From: Cyanidioschyzon merolae
Lineage: Eukaryota
NCBI GenBank assembly: GCA_000091205.1
Contig: AP006501.2
Strand: one strand, 5' to 3'
Length of the DNA: 64,000 nt
Below are positions 50,253 to 59,880 of this stretch, one piece after another (position 1 is the first letter of the stretch; each line of letters begins with the position of its first letter). Position numbers and translations under genes: made by a program. Below the pieces are notes generated by a model. It made no database searches. It worked only from the letters and a program-made list of their open reading frames with translations, and was not told where the DNA came from.

Positions 50253-51362
50253 TCACGCGGTAGGTTCACCATTTGGCCCCGGGCCCTGAGTTCCCCCGTC
50301 TGACCAAGGACGAATTGCTTCCTGAGTGTTGTCTTCGTTGGTTCCTGGCTCATTCGCTTCTTCCTCTTGCCACAAGTATACGGATCCTTCCAGCGCAGGC
50401 ACCGTTTGCAGAGCCATCTGTGCACGAAGGTACGCCATGAACCATTCAACACCGCTGCGGAGACGCTCCAGATGAAGAGCCGGCTGGCGCCCGCGTAGAG
50501 GCTGGAGCGTCCCTAGTCCCAGGATCGACTCGACGAGCGGGCGCAAGCGCAGGCGCGTGTGTTGGATGTTATCCAACGCGTGCTGCTCAACCCACCCGTC
50601 CAAGTTTAAATAGTACATCGAATATCCCTCAAGCTGGCGGATTCTCGTTTCCTCCTCCCAGGAGGTGCTCTCCTGCCACCCGGGGGCGTCCTGCTCGGGT
50701 CGGAGCCGGAAAGCGCCCAAACCCAGAAGAGGGACCCAGCGCCGTAAACGCCCACGCATGATCCATCGAATGTAAACGGTTCCCTCGCGCTCGTCATGGA
50801 AGAGTGATGTAATTTCAATGGAGCGCTCCGAAAATAGAAGCTTCCCGTGTAAACGAAGCACCCAGAAAACGGCTTTGTATGCACCGAGTCCTTGCAGGAC
50901 GTTTCCTGAAGTGCGGTCCACCAGCGTGATTGTCGGCGAGTATACTTCAAAGTTTGGATCTCGTTCAAAAAGGTGGGGATAGTCCGAACGTAAGGTCTCT
51001 ATTACAGTGCCAGCGTTCGCTGCGTAGTCTGGGGAGCGCTTGTTCCGCTGGTCCCTCTGGGTGTCACGATCCTCTGACAGCCCCGGAAACGGGAACCACT
51101 TGCTGCACACAAGACTCCGTGTCCCCTTCGGTTGCCGCTTTCCATTTACCGAAAAACGGGGTCTGTTTGTCGGTCGCTGACGGCTGCCTTGGTCGTTCAC
51201 CGAGTGTCCCAGCCAGTCGGAGACGCCCGCGCAGGTGACGTCGCGACGCACCCATCGAACGCTCGGCGACAGAGAAGTTTTTCCTGTGGCTGCTCCTCGT
51301 TCCAGGCCCCACCACGCAGGATATGCGCAAAAATTCAGACCTCTGTAGTCCAAAGGATTCAT
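50253..51362 (-). CDS. DUF2358-like (NTF2/SnoaL-fold) protein, plastid/cyanobacterial type
   Basis: The track start at 51383 is GTG and the first ATG is at 51362. The core 'IETLRSDYPHLFERDPNFEVYSPTITLVD..G..LQGLGAYKAVFWVLRLHGKLLF....IEITSLFH.....VYIRWIMRG' matches my memory of DUF2358. Confidence 0.6.
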   Translation of the reverse strand: MNPLDYRGLNFCAYPAWWGLERGAATGKTSLSPSVRWVRRDVTCAGVSDWLGHSVNDQGSRQRPTNRPRFSVNGKRQPKGTRSLVCSKWFPFPGLSEDRDTQRDQRNKRSPDYAANAGTVIETLRSDYPHLFERDPNFEVYSPTITLVDRTSGNVLQGLGAYKAVFWVLRLHGKLLFSERSIEITSLFHDEREGTVYIRWIMRGRLRRWVPLLGLGAFRLRPEQDAPGWQESTSWEEETRIRQLEGYSMYYLNLDGWVEQHALDNIQHTRLRLRPLVESILGLGTLQPLRGRQPALHLERLRSGVEWFMAYLRAQMALQTVPALEGSVYLWQEEEANEPGTNEDNTQEAIRPWSDGGTQGPGPNGEPTA

Positions 51363-51642
51363 ATTGGTGTTCGAAACGAGCACACAGCGCAGTCACTCTT
51401 TTCCGGGTGGCACTCGTGCGCAATCCCAACAGTAGTCTAATTGCGCGAGTGCTCTCCTGCTGCGAAACACGTAGAGGTTCACAAAGAGCGTGCAGGAATC
51501 AGGTGAATCTGGCAGCAAAGTGTCAAATTATTCCATGGTTATACATTAAAGTCCAGAACGTTTTGCGGCATGGTGTAGAGGCGGCGCAGTGGCATCTATC
51601 TGCGTAACGGCACCTAATTGAATATCTAGGGCTCAAACTATA

Positions 51643-52584
51643 TTAAATGGACAGTATGGGTACACATGTGGCGAGACGCTCGTAGACGGCATCCGAGCAA
51701 TGGAACGAGCTCAGGACGCTGACTCCTCGCTAGACACGAAAAATTTAGGTCGCTTTCCCCTGTGATCAATACCAGCCTATGCTGGTCTTTTCTGCGGCTG
51801 CATCCTTTGCTACGCTCTTACATCCGGTTTTCAATACCCTGGGTGGTACGTTCCCTTCAGACAGTTGTGAGCAGATGAAGGATGATCACGGCAGTGTCGT
51901 AGTCCCGAAATCGCTGCTCTTCGCTGTTGTCGTCGAATGTCATGTACACGTGCAAGTTGCGATCTGCACTGTGCTTGCCATATTCGTCTCCTTTGGACAC
52001 AGCCTCGGTGCGCTGTTCGATGCGGTGACACGCGATTTTGGCCAAATGGTCTAATACGTTCGCAACGCAAACGTCCTCCTTTGAATGCCACTCTGTTTCA
52101 CGTGCACGCTTGCTGCATCGCTTGGTACATGCCTCTGGTGGATACAGGAGGCCGCTCTCGAAACCGTTCTCGGTTTCCACGCCCGGCGCCGCACGCTACC
52201 GTCACGAGCTTCTTCTGCGCAATCCAATCGAAGGGTACGCTGGCTGCCGCACACCCAAGCGCACGCTGTCCCGTTCGATAACGCACGATCCGCTTGCCTC
52301 AACGGCCCTGATGACGCTCTAGATAGCGCTAAACCATTGAGAACAGACTGGATTTTGTAGGATTATCTGTATTCTTTTGTCTGCGGTTTTCCTAATAGAT
52401 GAAAATCAATGGAACGTCCACTGTCCGTGATGAAACATGCACCAGTGCGATCATCCAGGATGGAGAGCAAGTCGACACACTTCGATTCGTCTACGCTCCA
52501 TTCTTGGAAAGCAGTGACGTACTCTCCACTGGAAGCGATTGATGCGAAGGCTGATATCCGAGTCCAAGACGCTTTCCGCTGCAA
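51643..52584 (-). pseudogene. TnpB/Fanzor-like nuclease relic R9
   Basis: The minus-sense motifs run in order. 'ACFITDSGRSIDFHLL' (TDSGRS at 52411-52428) is first. 'VTVACGAGRGNRERF' (about 52170-52195) is second. 'TFDDNSEEQRF' (about 51908-51937) is third. 'FHCSDAVYERLATCVPILSI*' (51643-51687) is last and parallels R8 'LYREFHTVISILRR'. Confidence 0.4.
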
Positions 52585-54914
52585 ACAGGCAGCACGAGCG
52601 CCTTAGAGACCGAATCCCACGAAAGGCGGCATCCTGTTTTGGATTGCTATTTTGGCGATGGACACAGCGAAAGGTTTTTTTATGTTTCAGTCGGAATCGA
52701 TGATTTGACGTGACCGATTCAGTGAACTTTCCGCGTGCGCTGTTGCACAAGTCTTCGAGAGACAAAGCAGCGTTTCTTGTTTTGTCGTCAGTCCAGCGAT
52801 GCGAAATGCTGCGCCCGCGAATTTCCATGAAACAGAAAGATCGATAACTTGAAGAATGCGTGCAGTGAGCATGCTACTCGTAAAAAGAGGAGAAGCGTGG
52901 AGGCTTCTACGAACACATTTGATAATGCTATCGATTATTTTATGAATAGTCTCTCGGGGCCGCGCAGTTCCGCTGGAGGTGAGAGAAGACAACTCATATT
53001 TCTCTACCTGTTCTACAGTGCAAATCTCCAAACGATGCCAATTTCATCACAGACAATATAGCGTTCCACAACTCCTATATGGAAAGGGATTGCGTGTGCA
53101 TGCGCGGGCACCGGACGGAAGAACTGCCGCAGGAATCGCCTAGAAGAAGCCTGTGAACGTCGGGTCCGGCCCCGGGTGCGGCAATGGTGCAGGGCATCAA
53201 GAGTAGGATCCTATATCTGTCTAGGGCATATGTAGACGAACGAAGAGAGTGTACACATGCAACAGGCCAGTCTAAGTCGGAGGATAAGGTGTCATGGAAG
53301 CATGGGAATACCCGATTAGAGCCAATTGTCACCGCTATGAAGGGCGCACCCAGGCTGTATACAAAGAAGATGAAAATGGTAAGCAAAGCGTAGCTCGTAA
53401 CTTTTCTATCTTCATGAAATGCTTGCTAAGCAGCCGGACGCAGCGATCCCGGACTTGAACACAAGGCAATCAACGTGCTTCAACTGCTGGCATGGGCACT
53501 GGAGGGACTGAAGAAATCACCACGTTTGAAGCAGGATACAACGGCCAGGGAAAAGCAGTCGCATAGGCAGGCGTTGATGCCAGTGTGAGGGGATACAAGC
53601 TTTGGCGTACGGGCATCAGCCTGGAGACCCGCCCCATTCTATGCCACCACTGGTGCCGACAGCACATGCGTCACTGCGAAGCGCCCGATCATTTCCCTGT
53701 GAAGCAAATCGAAAGCATCTAACCAAGTAGACATGTTCCCGAAAGCATCAGAAGATCATATGTTGGATTCGCGAGTTCCATCGTCTGTGCATAGACGAAT
53801 GCAGCGACAGCGACATCGCCCAAAAGCCTCCTATCCAACGCTACCGGATATGAGGACTCGTACCATGCGCGGCAACAGCAGCACTGTCCTACAAACGGTT
53901 TCCCATGGTATGAACCAAATCCAACGAGACCCCTCCTGCACGTGTCCGTGAGAACAAGCTTGTCTCGCCAGGGAACCGTGGTCCGTACGAGGCATTCCTT
54001 GACAGAGGTCTGGGACGATTGCGTGCGTGCTGGTCCAAGTGCTGCCGACACCGCCGCTTTTCTGTGTCCATATTTGACATGGTTCGGGCGAGTGGGTCAC
54101 GGGTTGGAGTCGGCTGCGCTCCTCACAAAACGGCCTCAGACCACGTACTGGTTACACCGTGTGCAGACGTTCAGCTCCCGATGAACGCTGCAGGCAGGCC
54201 ACCAGCAGCGCTTTCTGGGGTGTGTAGCCCTGCTCGAGCGAAAACACGTCACCTCCCGGGAAGGCCGCTAATCTTTCGCGCAAGCACTCCGTACCTCAGC
54301 GCACTACCAGGGGTCTTTTTTTGACGTCAAGTATACCGCCCAGTCCAGCGCCTTCAACCCGACGGCGAGCGTACCCTGGCGATATTGCGAAAGCCTCGTC
54401 CTACCGTTGCACTCGAGACCTGGAGCGGTTGAGTTGCGTCCCAGCCAAAGTTCTCTCCGTACGACGTCTCAGCACGATGCTGCCACTGAAAGCAGCAGTC
54501 AATCAAACAGCAAGTCCAGGTCCGATGCGACACCTGTGCTATCCGCAACAGCAACGTACTCGGCACATCCCAACAATGTCGACACGTACTCTGAGCACTA
54601 GCACGCTCAACTTTACCATATACAATAGATCTCGCTCGTACACAAGTCCTAGTGATGCGTCCCAGAGTGAAACGCCCTTCACACGAGCGTCAGCAGCAAC
54701 GCGGACTCGCCTTCTGCGGTGCCTGCGCTCGGCGGCGAAGGGGTACCCTCAACTCAACGCCTGGTGGCATCTTCCGTTTCCATACGCATTCAAAGCGAGT
54801 GTTCTTGTCTACAAGCGTACTCGCTTGGACGTTGTTCTTTTGCTTTGGAAGCTGCGTCTCTACAAAGCACTTTGTGAGCACCAGGGGCGCAAGATCTGCA
54901 CTCGGTACCGACTC

Positions 54915-57851
54915 ATGGACGACCAAGACAACGTCCCGCGGAAGGCACGGCGAACTGCGGCAGCGAGTGCTGACGACCGAGCCCAACCCAGCGGGAGCGT
55001 TGCAATCACAGATACGGACAACACCGGAAACACTACACCCAGCGCTCAAAGCGTAGATCTCTCAGAGAATCTCATGGACTCGATTCCTCGGCGAGAGAAA
55101 CAGCATATGGAAAAGCAGTCTGCTCCGGGTACCGCGGGTGCAGAAACGCTCGACTACGAGGTGCCGTTGGATAGCCCGTCGCTGCGCTGGCCAGAGAAGA
55201 CGCTCTCCAGCACACGAGCTCAAGAGCTAGAACGAACACTGGCGGCGGAGCCCTGGAACGCAGACGCCTGGATAGCGCTGGTAGAGGAGGCCCAGCGTCA
55301 CCCGCTGACGGAGGCCAAGGCGGTCTACGAACGCGCACTTCACCGGTTCCCGACAGGTGCACGCCTCTGGAAACTCTACCTTGAGCACCTCATTCGGGAA
55401 CAAGCCTTTCCTGAAGCCGAGAAGCGATTCGCTTACGCGCTTCCTCGCTGTTACAGTGTTGAGTTGTGCCAGCTCTATCTGCACTATCTGCGCACCGTAA
55501 AAAAGGCGCCTATCAGCGTTCTCATCGACGCGTTCGAGTATGTGACTGCGCTTTTGCCATACGAACCAGCAAGCGCAAGTCTCTGGAACGACTACATCGC
55601 GCTGCTAATGGCGGTGCCCATACGCAACGCTCATGATGGTGCACAGAGAAACCGCTTGTTGCGAAGCGTGTTGCAGCGAGCTGTGACCCTTCCGTTGCAC
55701 AACCTGGATGCGTTCTGGCGACAATTCGAGCAGTTTGAATCAAGTCAGGGAAAAAGCGGCTCCAGTCATGCATCCGTGGCGACACAACCTTTCCATGGGG
55801 CCTTTCTTCGGGCCCGAGCTGAGGCCCGTGGCCGACGAGCTCGCCGCGAGCACCTCCAGCTCCAGGCGCTGGCGGTTCCTCCGCGACGCGGAGCCGGCAT
55901 CATGGAACAAGCAAAGCGCTGGGCAAAGTACATCCGGGGCGAAGAGGCGAATCCGCACGAGCTCTCCGCTGCTGAACTAGAAGCGCGACTTCGATTCGCC
56001 CATGAGCAGCGGCTTGTCTACATGTATCGCATGCCGGACGCCTGGTTGGAGTATGCGCTCTATCTCGCACATCGCGATGACGGCAACCTGGTGCGCAGCT
56101 ACCCAGAGGCTATTGCGGTGCTGGAGCGAGCAGAACGTGCGCTTCCCGATTGCCTCCTAGTCTATTTCACCCTTGCCCGCCTTTACGAGGAGCTGGATGT
56201 TGAAATTGCTCGTATCGCCGGACAGCAGAAACGCAAGCGCGAGTATTTGCAGGAGGAAATAGAGAGACTCGGGGGATCTCGTCTCTCGAATGATGACGAA
56301 GCTGTGGGCGCTCCCGACGAGCGACCCAGTGACGCTGACCCCGACCAGAGCAACGGTGACGACACCGGCAGCGGCAGCCGCGAGTCGCACATAGCTTCCG
56401 CTCGGCAGTCTGGGTCGCCAAAGCATGGAAGCGGCGCCTCATTGGCGCCCAGCACCGATACAAAAACAGCAGCGACAGAGGCTCAGTCGGAAAGAGACGC
56501 ACCAGCAGCGTCCAAGTCTAGCGGTGCACCAGCGAGCACTGAAGCTGCCGCTACCGGCACCAAGGCGGATACGCACAGTGAAGGCATCGGCAGTCGAGCA
56601 ACCGCCGTCTACGAACGATTGCTTGCACGTGAAAATCTGGATGCAGTCCAACGCACTCATGCCTACATAGAGTACATGTGGTTTAGTCGACGTGTTCTCG
56701 GGGTGTCGGCTGCTCGGTCTATCTTCCGACGGGCGCGCCACGACCCTCGCTGTGCAGATATCGACGCGCTGCCCAACCTCTACCTCGCAGCAGCGACTCT
56801 AGAGACGTATTGCAATCACGAGTCGGGTGTTGCCAAACGTATTTTTGAGCTTGGACTGCGTCACTTGCCGGATTCGACGGAGATGGCGCTGTGCTATTTC
56901 GATTACCTGTGGCAGCGAAACGATGGCAATGAACTGCGCATGTTGATTGGGCGGCTCCTGCAGACAACGCTCCCAGACGATGCCAAGCTGCTGCTCTGTG
57001 ATCGCTGGTTGTCCTTTGAGGCACGCTACGGGAGCGGTGGACTGCAAGGTCTGCGCCTCGCTGAAGCCGAGCGAAAACGCCTGTTCAGCGAGCGGCAACC
57101 GTCGCGCCTCAATGACCTCCTGTTCTATACCTCGTTCCTGCAAAATGTTCCATTGAATGACGACGAACGGGCCCTCATCGAGCAAAACACCAGTGATTCC
57201 AAGTCGGGTTCGCTGGCGGAAGCGCCTCAACGGGACGCAGGTTTCGTCCCCGGCGGCATCATTCCATCCAGTGCGCTGCTCTACGCGCTCGGTTCGAATA
57301 GGCCACAGGCATCGTCCGCGCGTCGACCAGATGACGCAGTTATCGAAGCAGGGCAACCTGTACGCAAGGGAGCCGCTCGTGCCGAGCGAAAAGCACCATC
57401 GCCGGCTGTGGAGAACATCCCGGAGAAGCTGACGCTCGAGGAGGGTCTCGCACGCCTCGTGGGAGCACTGCCACCAGCGCTATTGCAGAGCGCCCCACCG
57501 AACCCCGACTTTGTAATCAGACATTTATTGCGGTTACCAGCGAGCTTTCAAGATCTTGCAGTCTTCAACGGCGGTCGCGAGCTCGACTCGAATGCCGCTG
57601 GACGTCGTCCAGGGCGGGACAAGGAGCGTCCAAGTCGCTCCAGTGGCGACACCTATCCGAGTCGCACTGCTGATGCGAGTCCTGTGCCATTCGCTGAAAG
57701 TCGCCTGTTTCAGCGGTTGCAGCGTGCTCGACAACAAACAAGTCGTGCTCCTCGACCGGACGCTTACGGCTCCGGGACAGACGCAGCGCCTGCTTCGATG
57801 CAAGCACCACCACCGACCCGCGATATCTATCGCAGTCGTCACCGGGGCTGA
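54915..57851 (+). CDS. RNA14: Cleavage stimulation factor subunit 3 (CstF-77/Rna14), HAT-repeat protein
   Basis: 'AEPWNADAWIALVEEAQRHPLTEAKAVYERALHRFPTGARLWKLYLEHLIRE' parallels CSTF3 '[51 protein letters not shown]', and further HAT repeats follow. The track start at 54321 is TTG. In-frame ATGs lie at 54477, 54915 and 55074, so the start is uncertain. Acidic and Ser-rich inserts occur in the middle and at the C-terminus. Confidence 0.8.
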   Translation: MDDQDNVPRKARRTAAASADDRAQPSGSVAITDTDNTGNTTPSAQSVDLSENLMDSIPRREKQHMEKQSAPGTAGAETLDYEVPLDSPSLRWPEKTLSSTRAQELERTLAAEPWNADAWIALVEEAQRHPLTEAKAVYERALHRFPTGARLWKLYLEHLIREQAFPEAEKRFAYALPRCYSVELCQLYLHYLRTVKKAPISVLIDAFEYVTALLPYEPASASLWNDYIALLMAVPIRNAHDGAQRNRLLRSVLQRAVTLPLHNLDAFWRQFEQFESSQGKSGSSHASVATQPFHGAFLRARAEARGRRARREHLQLQALAVPPRRGAGIMEQAKRWAKYIRGEEANPHELSAAELEARLRFAHEQRLVYMYRMPDAWLEYALYLAHRDDGNLVRSYPEAIAVLERAERALPDCLLVYFTLARLYEELDVEIARIAGQQKRKREYLQEEIERLGGSRLSNDDEAVGAPDERPSDADPDQSNGDDTGSGSRESHIASARQSGSPKHGSGASLAPSTDTKTAATEAQSERDAPAASKSSGAPASTEAAATGTKADTHSEGIGSRATAVYERLLARENLDAVQRTHAYIEYMWFSRRVLGVSAARSIFRRARHDPRCADIDALPNLYLAAATLETYCNHESGVAKRIFELGLRHLPDSTEMALCYFDYLWQRNDGNELRMLIGRLLQTTLPDDAKLLLCDRWLSFEARYGSGGLQGLRLAEAERKRLFSERQPSRLNDLLFYTSFLQNVPLNDDERALIEQNTSDSKSGSLAEAPQRDAGFVPGGIIPSSALLYALGSNRPQASSARRPDDAVIEAGQPVRKGAARAERKAPSPAVENIPEKLTLEEGLARLVGALPPALLQSAPPNPDFVIRHLLRLPASFQDLAVFNGGRELDSNAAGRRPGRDKERPSRSSGDTYPSRTADASPVPFAESRLFQRLQRARQQTSRAPRPDAYGSGTDAAPASMQAPPPTRDIYRSRHRG

Positions 57852-59007
57852 TGTCGTGCTTCGACCAGGGACCCGCTATGCTTGCTATCTTGTTGCTGGG
57901 GACATTTTACTGGGGCGCACACACACGCCCACACACAAACATATAGGTTCACCAAAGGACCCTGGGTGCCGGAAGCTGTGCGCCAACAAGCTGGTCACAG
58001 CACCAACAACATCAATATCAAAAATAGCTGCTGCTTTTGCTCGTTCCATTGACACGTTCGACAAAAGCGCGAGCAAGGTCCGCAGCATGTCGCCCGTAGC
58101 AACGAGAACACCCGAGAAAAGCCGTACGACGCACGGTGTTGCAGAGCGGCACGAAAACTGGTAAACGAGCCAACCGAAAGGCAGCGCTCTCTGACTCGAG
58201 CGTTGAACACGTAGACCTCTGCTCGGTTTCAGATGGCAGTAGTCGAACTCGTCAGAGACTCTGATCTCTTCTGAGTTTCCAGCTGCGACCTCAGTCGACG
58301 CGCCAGCCTCACATAGGGCTCGGTGGGGCTCGCACGCTGCTCCAAGCACTGCGCTTGGCACTGGAGCGCACCGGTCACTTCTGGTGTGCAGACGGCGTTA
58401 CCAGCCGGTGTCCGCCAAAGTTACAGACTGACCCTCTGAACCAGTCTCGTTTGATGGATGAGCACTCTAGATGTCAACAAACCTACGAGTTGCATACGAT
58501 CGTGCAGCACGGGAACGCCAACACTCACTGAACGCACCTCCGTCACTTGTTGCGAGCAGCAGTGCCGAGTGTACTCCAGATTCTTAACCTCATCAAAGTG
58601 CACAAGACCTTTCACCCAATCTAAACCAGTGTCTCTGTTATGGGACTCAAACACCGTTCAGGTCGCTAGCAGCGTGTCCTTGGACAGCGTCCCGCAGCAC
58701 CTCCTTCTTCCAACCCTGGACGGGCGTTATGGCTTGCTGCCCAACGCTAGCCGATACACGACTGACCAGAAGCAGCGCACCTGTTGTTGCACCGCTGGCT
58801 TTGGCTAGTGAGCGCAGATCCCAGGTCAGGAGGTTTGTGCGAGCTTCATCTAGATAGCTGGTGACGTGTACGTGACCTGTCCTAGTCGCAAGTTCCCGCC
58901 GTTTTGGAGCAGAGGTTCCAGTCGCTGTGTGCAGGCGTCCAGGACGTCGACCTGCAGTGCAGGCGCCAGGAGCAGCGAGCGCTCCAAAAGAACTACGGGA
59001 AGCGTTG

Positions 59008-59880
59008 ATGGAGCTTGCATCACCAACGTACTTGCCGGAAGAAGACACCAGGAATGAGGATGATGACCTTGATGGTGACGAAGGAACAACCCTTGAACGG
59101 GGCGTCGATTTACCGGCACCGCCACTTCCTCGTGCGACGTACTGGCTTCGTGGCTCTTGGCGATCGGTGCTGGGAGATGCGCCCTTCGGGGACGCGTGGC
59201 TTGCTGAGTGGAGTGCCTGGGCCGCAGCTCCCACAGCAGCGACACCGGCTCCACCGGGAACTTCAGCAGCACTGCCAGCGCAACCGCCCTCGACAGAGGA
59301 AAAGCCGCCTGCCGCTGGAGCATCGGCGTCGGCATTGGCAGCAGCAGCAGCAGCAGCAGTGGACGCTACCAGCCCGGAACGACTGGTCCAAGAGGCACGT
59401 TCGCTGTTGCGAGCGTGGTTTCAAGAGTATCGACACGGCCTTGAGCTTTTAGAAGAGACGCGTACTCCATCACCGGACGCTCGCCAGGCGCTGCACCAGA
59501 CATGGACTTTATGCGACGGCATGCTTCGGGCTCTCGTGCAGCGCTTGAACGCGCTTCGTGCCTGGCAGGCAGCGCTCCAGCTCGTATACCTGTCCATGGA
59601 TCAAGTCGAGGCTATGCGTCACCAAGTGGAAAAGATTCGATACGAGCGTGCGCAAAGAGCTGCATCCACATGCGCCGGGGACCAGCAAGTCTCCATAGCA
59701 GCCGCCGCTGACGAAGCACAGACAACGTGCGCAAACGTCTGCCAGCAGCAAGCCGTGCTCCATGAGCAAGCACCAGTGGCGAAAAACGCGGCAACAGAGG
59801 CGTTGCTCGCAACCGCCGAGTTGCGAATGATCGAGAAGCTGCAAGAGATTGCTCGTCAGTTTCCAGATGTAACCGAATGA
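59008..59880 (+). CDS. Hypothetical protein (290 aa), Ala/Pro-rich N-terminal half and helical C-terminal half
   Basis: The track start at 58927 is GTG and the first ATG is at 59008. It is the longest ORF at the locus. Its 3' end overlaps the condensin CDS by 25 bp on the opposite strand. No family was recognised. Confidence 0.45.
   Translation: MELASPTYLPEEDTRNEDDDLDGDEGTTLERGVDLPAPPLPRATYWLRGSWRSVLGDAPFGDAWLAEWSAWAAAPTAATPAPPGTSAALPAQPPSTEEKPPAAGASASALAAAAAAAVDATSPERLVQEARSLLRAWFQEYRHGLELLEETRTPSPDARQALHQTWTLCDGMLRALVQRLNALRAWQAALQLVYLSMDQVEAMRHQVEKIRYERAQRAASTCAGDQQVSIAAAADEAQTTCANVCQQQAVLHEQAPVAKNAATEALLATAELRMIEKLQEIARQFPDVTE

Noticed and set aside
53184-53951. A possible tenth TnpB-like relic on the plus strand ('AYVDERRECTHATG' ... 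'MNQIQRDPSCTCP')
   Set aside because: The two motifs are ~690 bp apart, against 80-200 bp in the other copies. No RuvC-I or TDG-type block was found upstream. This is too weak to call.
58647-59335. Two minus-strand ORFs (195 and 161 aa) antisense to the 59008 hypothetical gene
   Set aside because: They are shorter than the plus-strand ORF, Ala/Ser/Pro-rich and without motifs. The strand choice here is admittedly weak, which is why the plus-strand CDS has a confidence of only 0.45.
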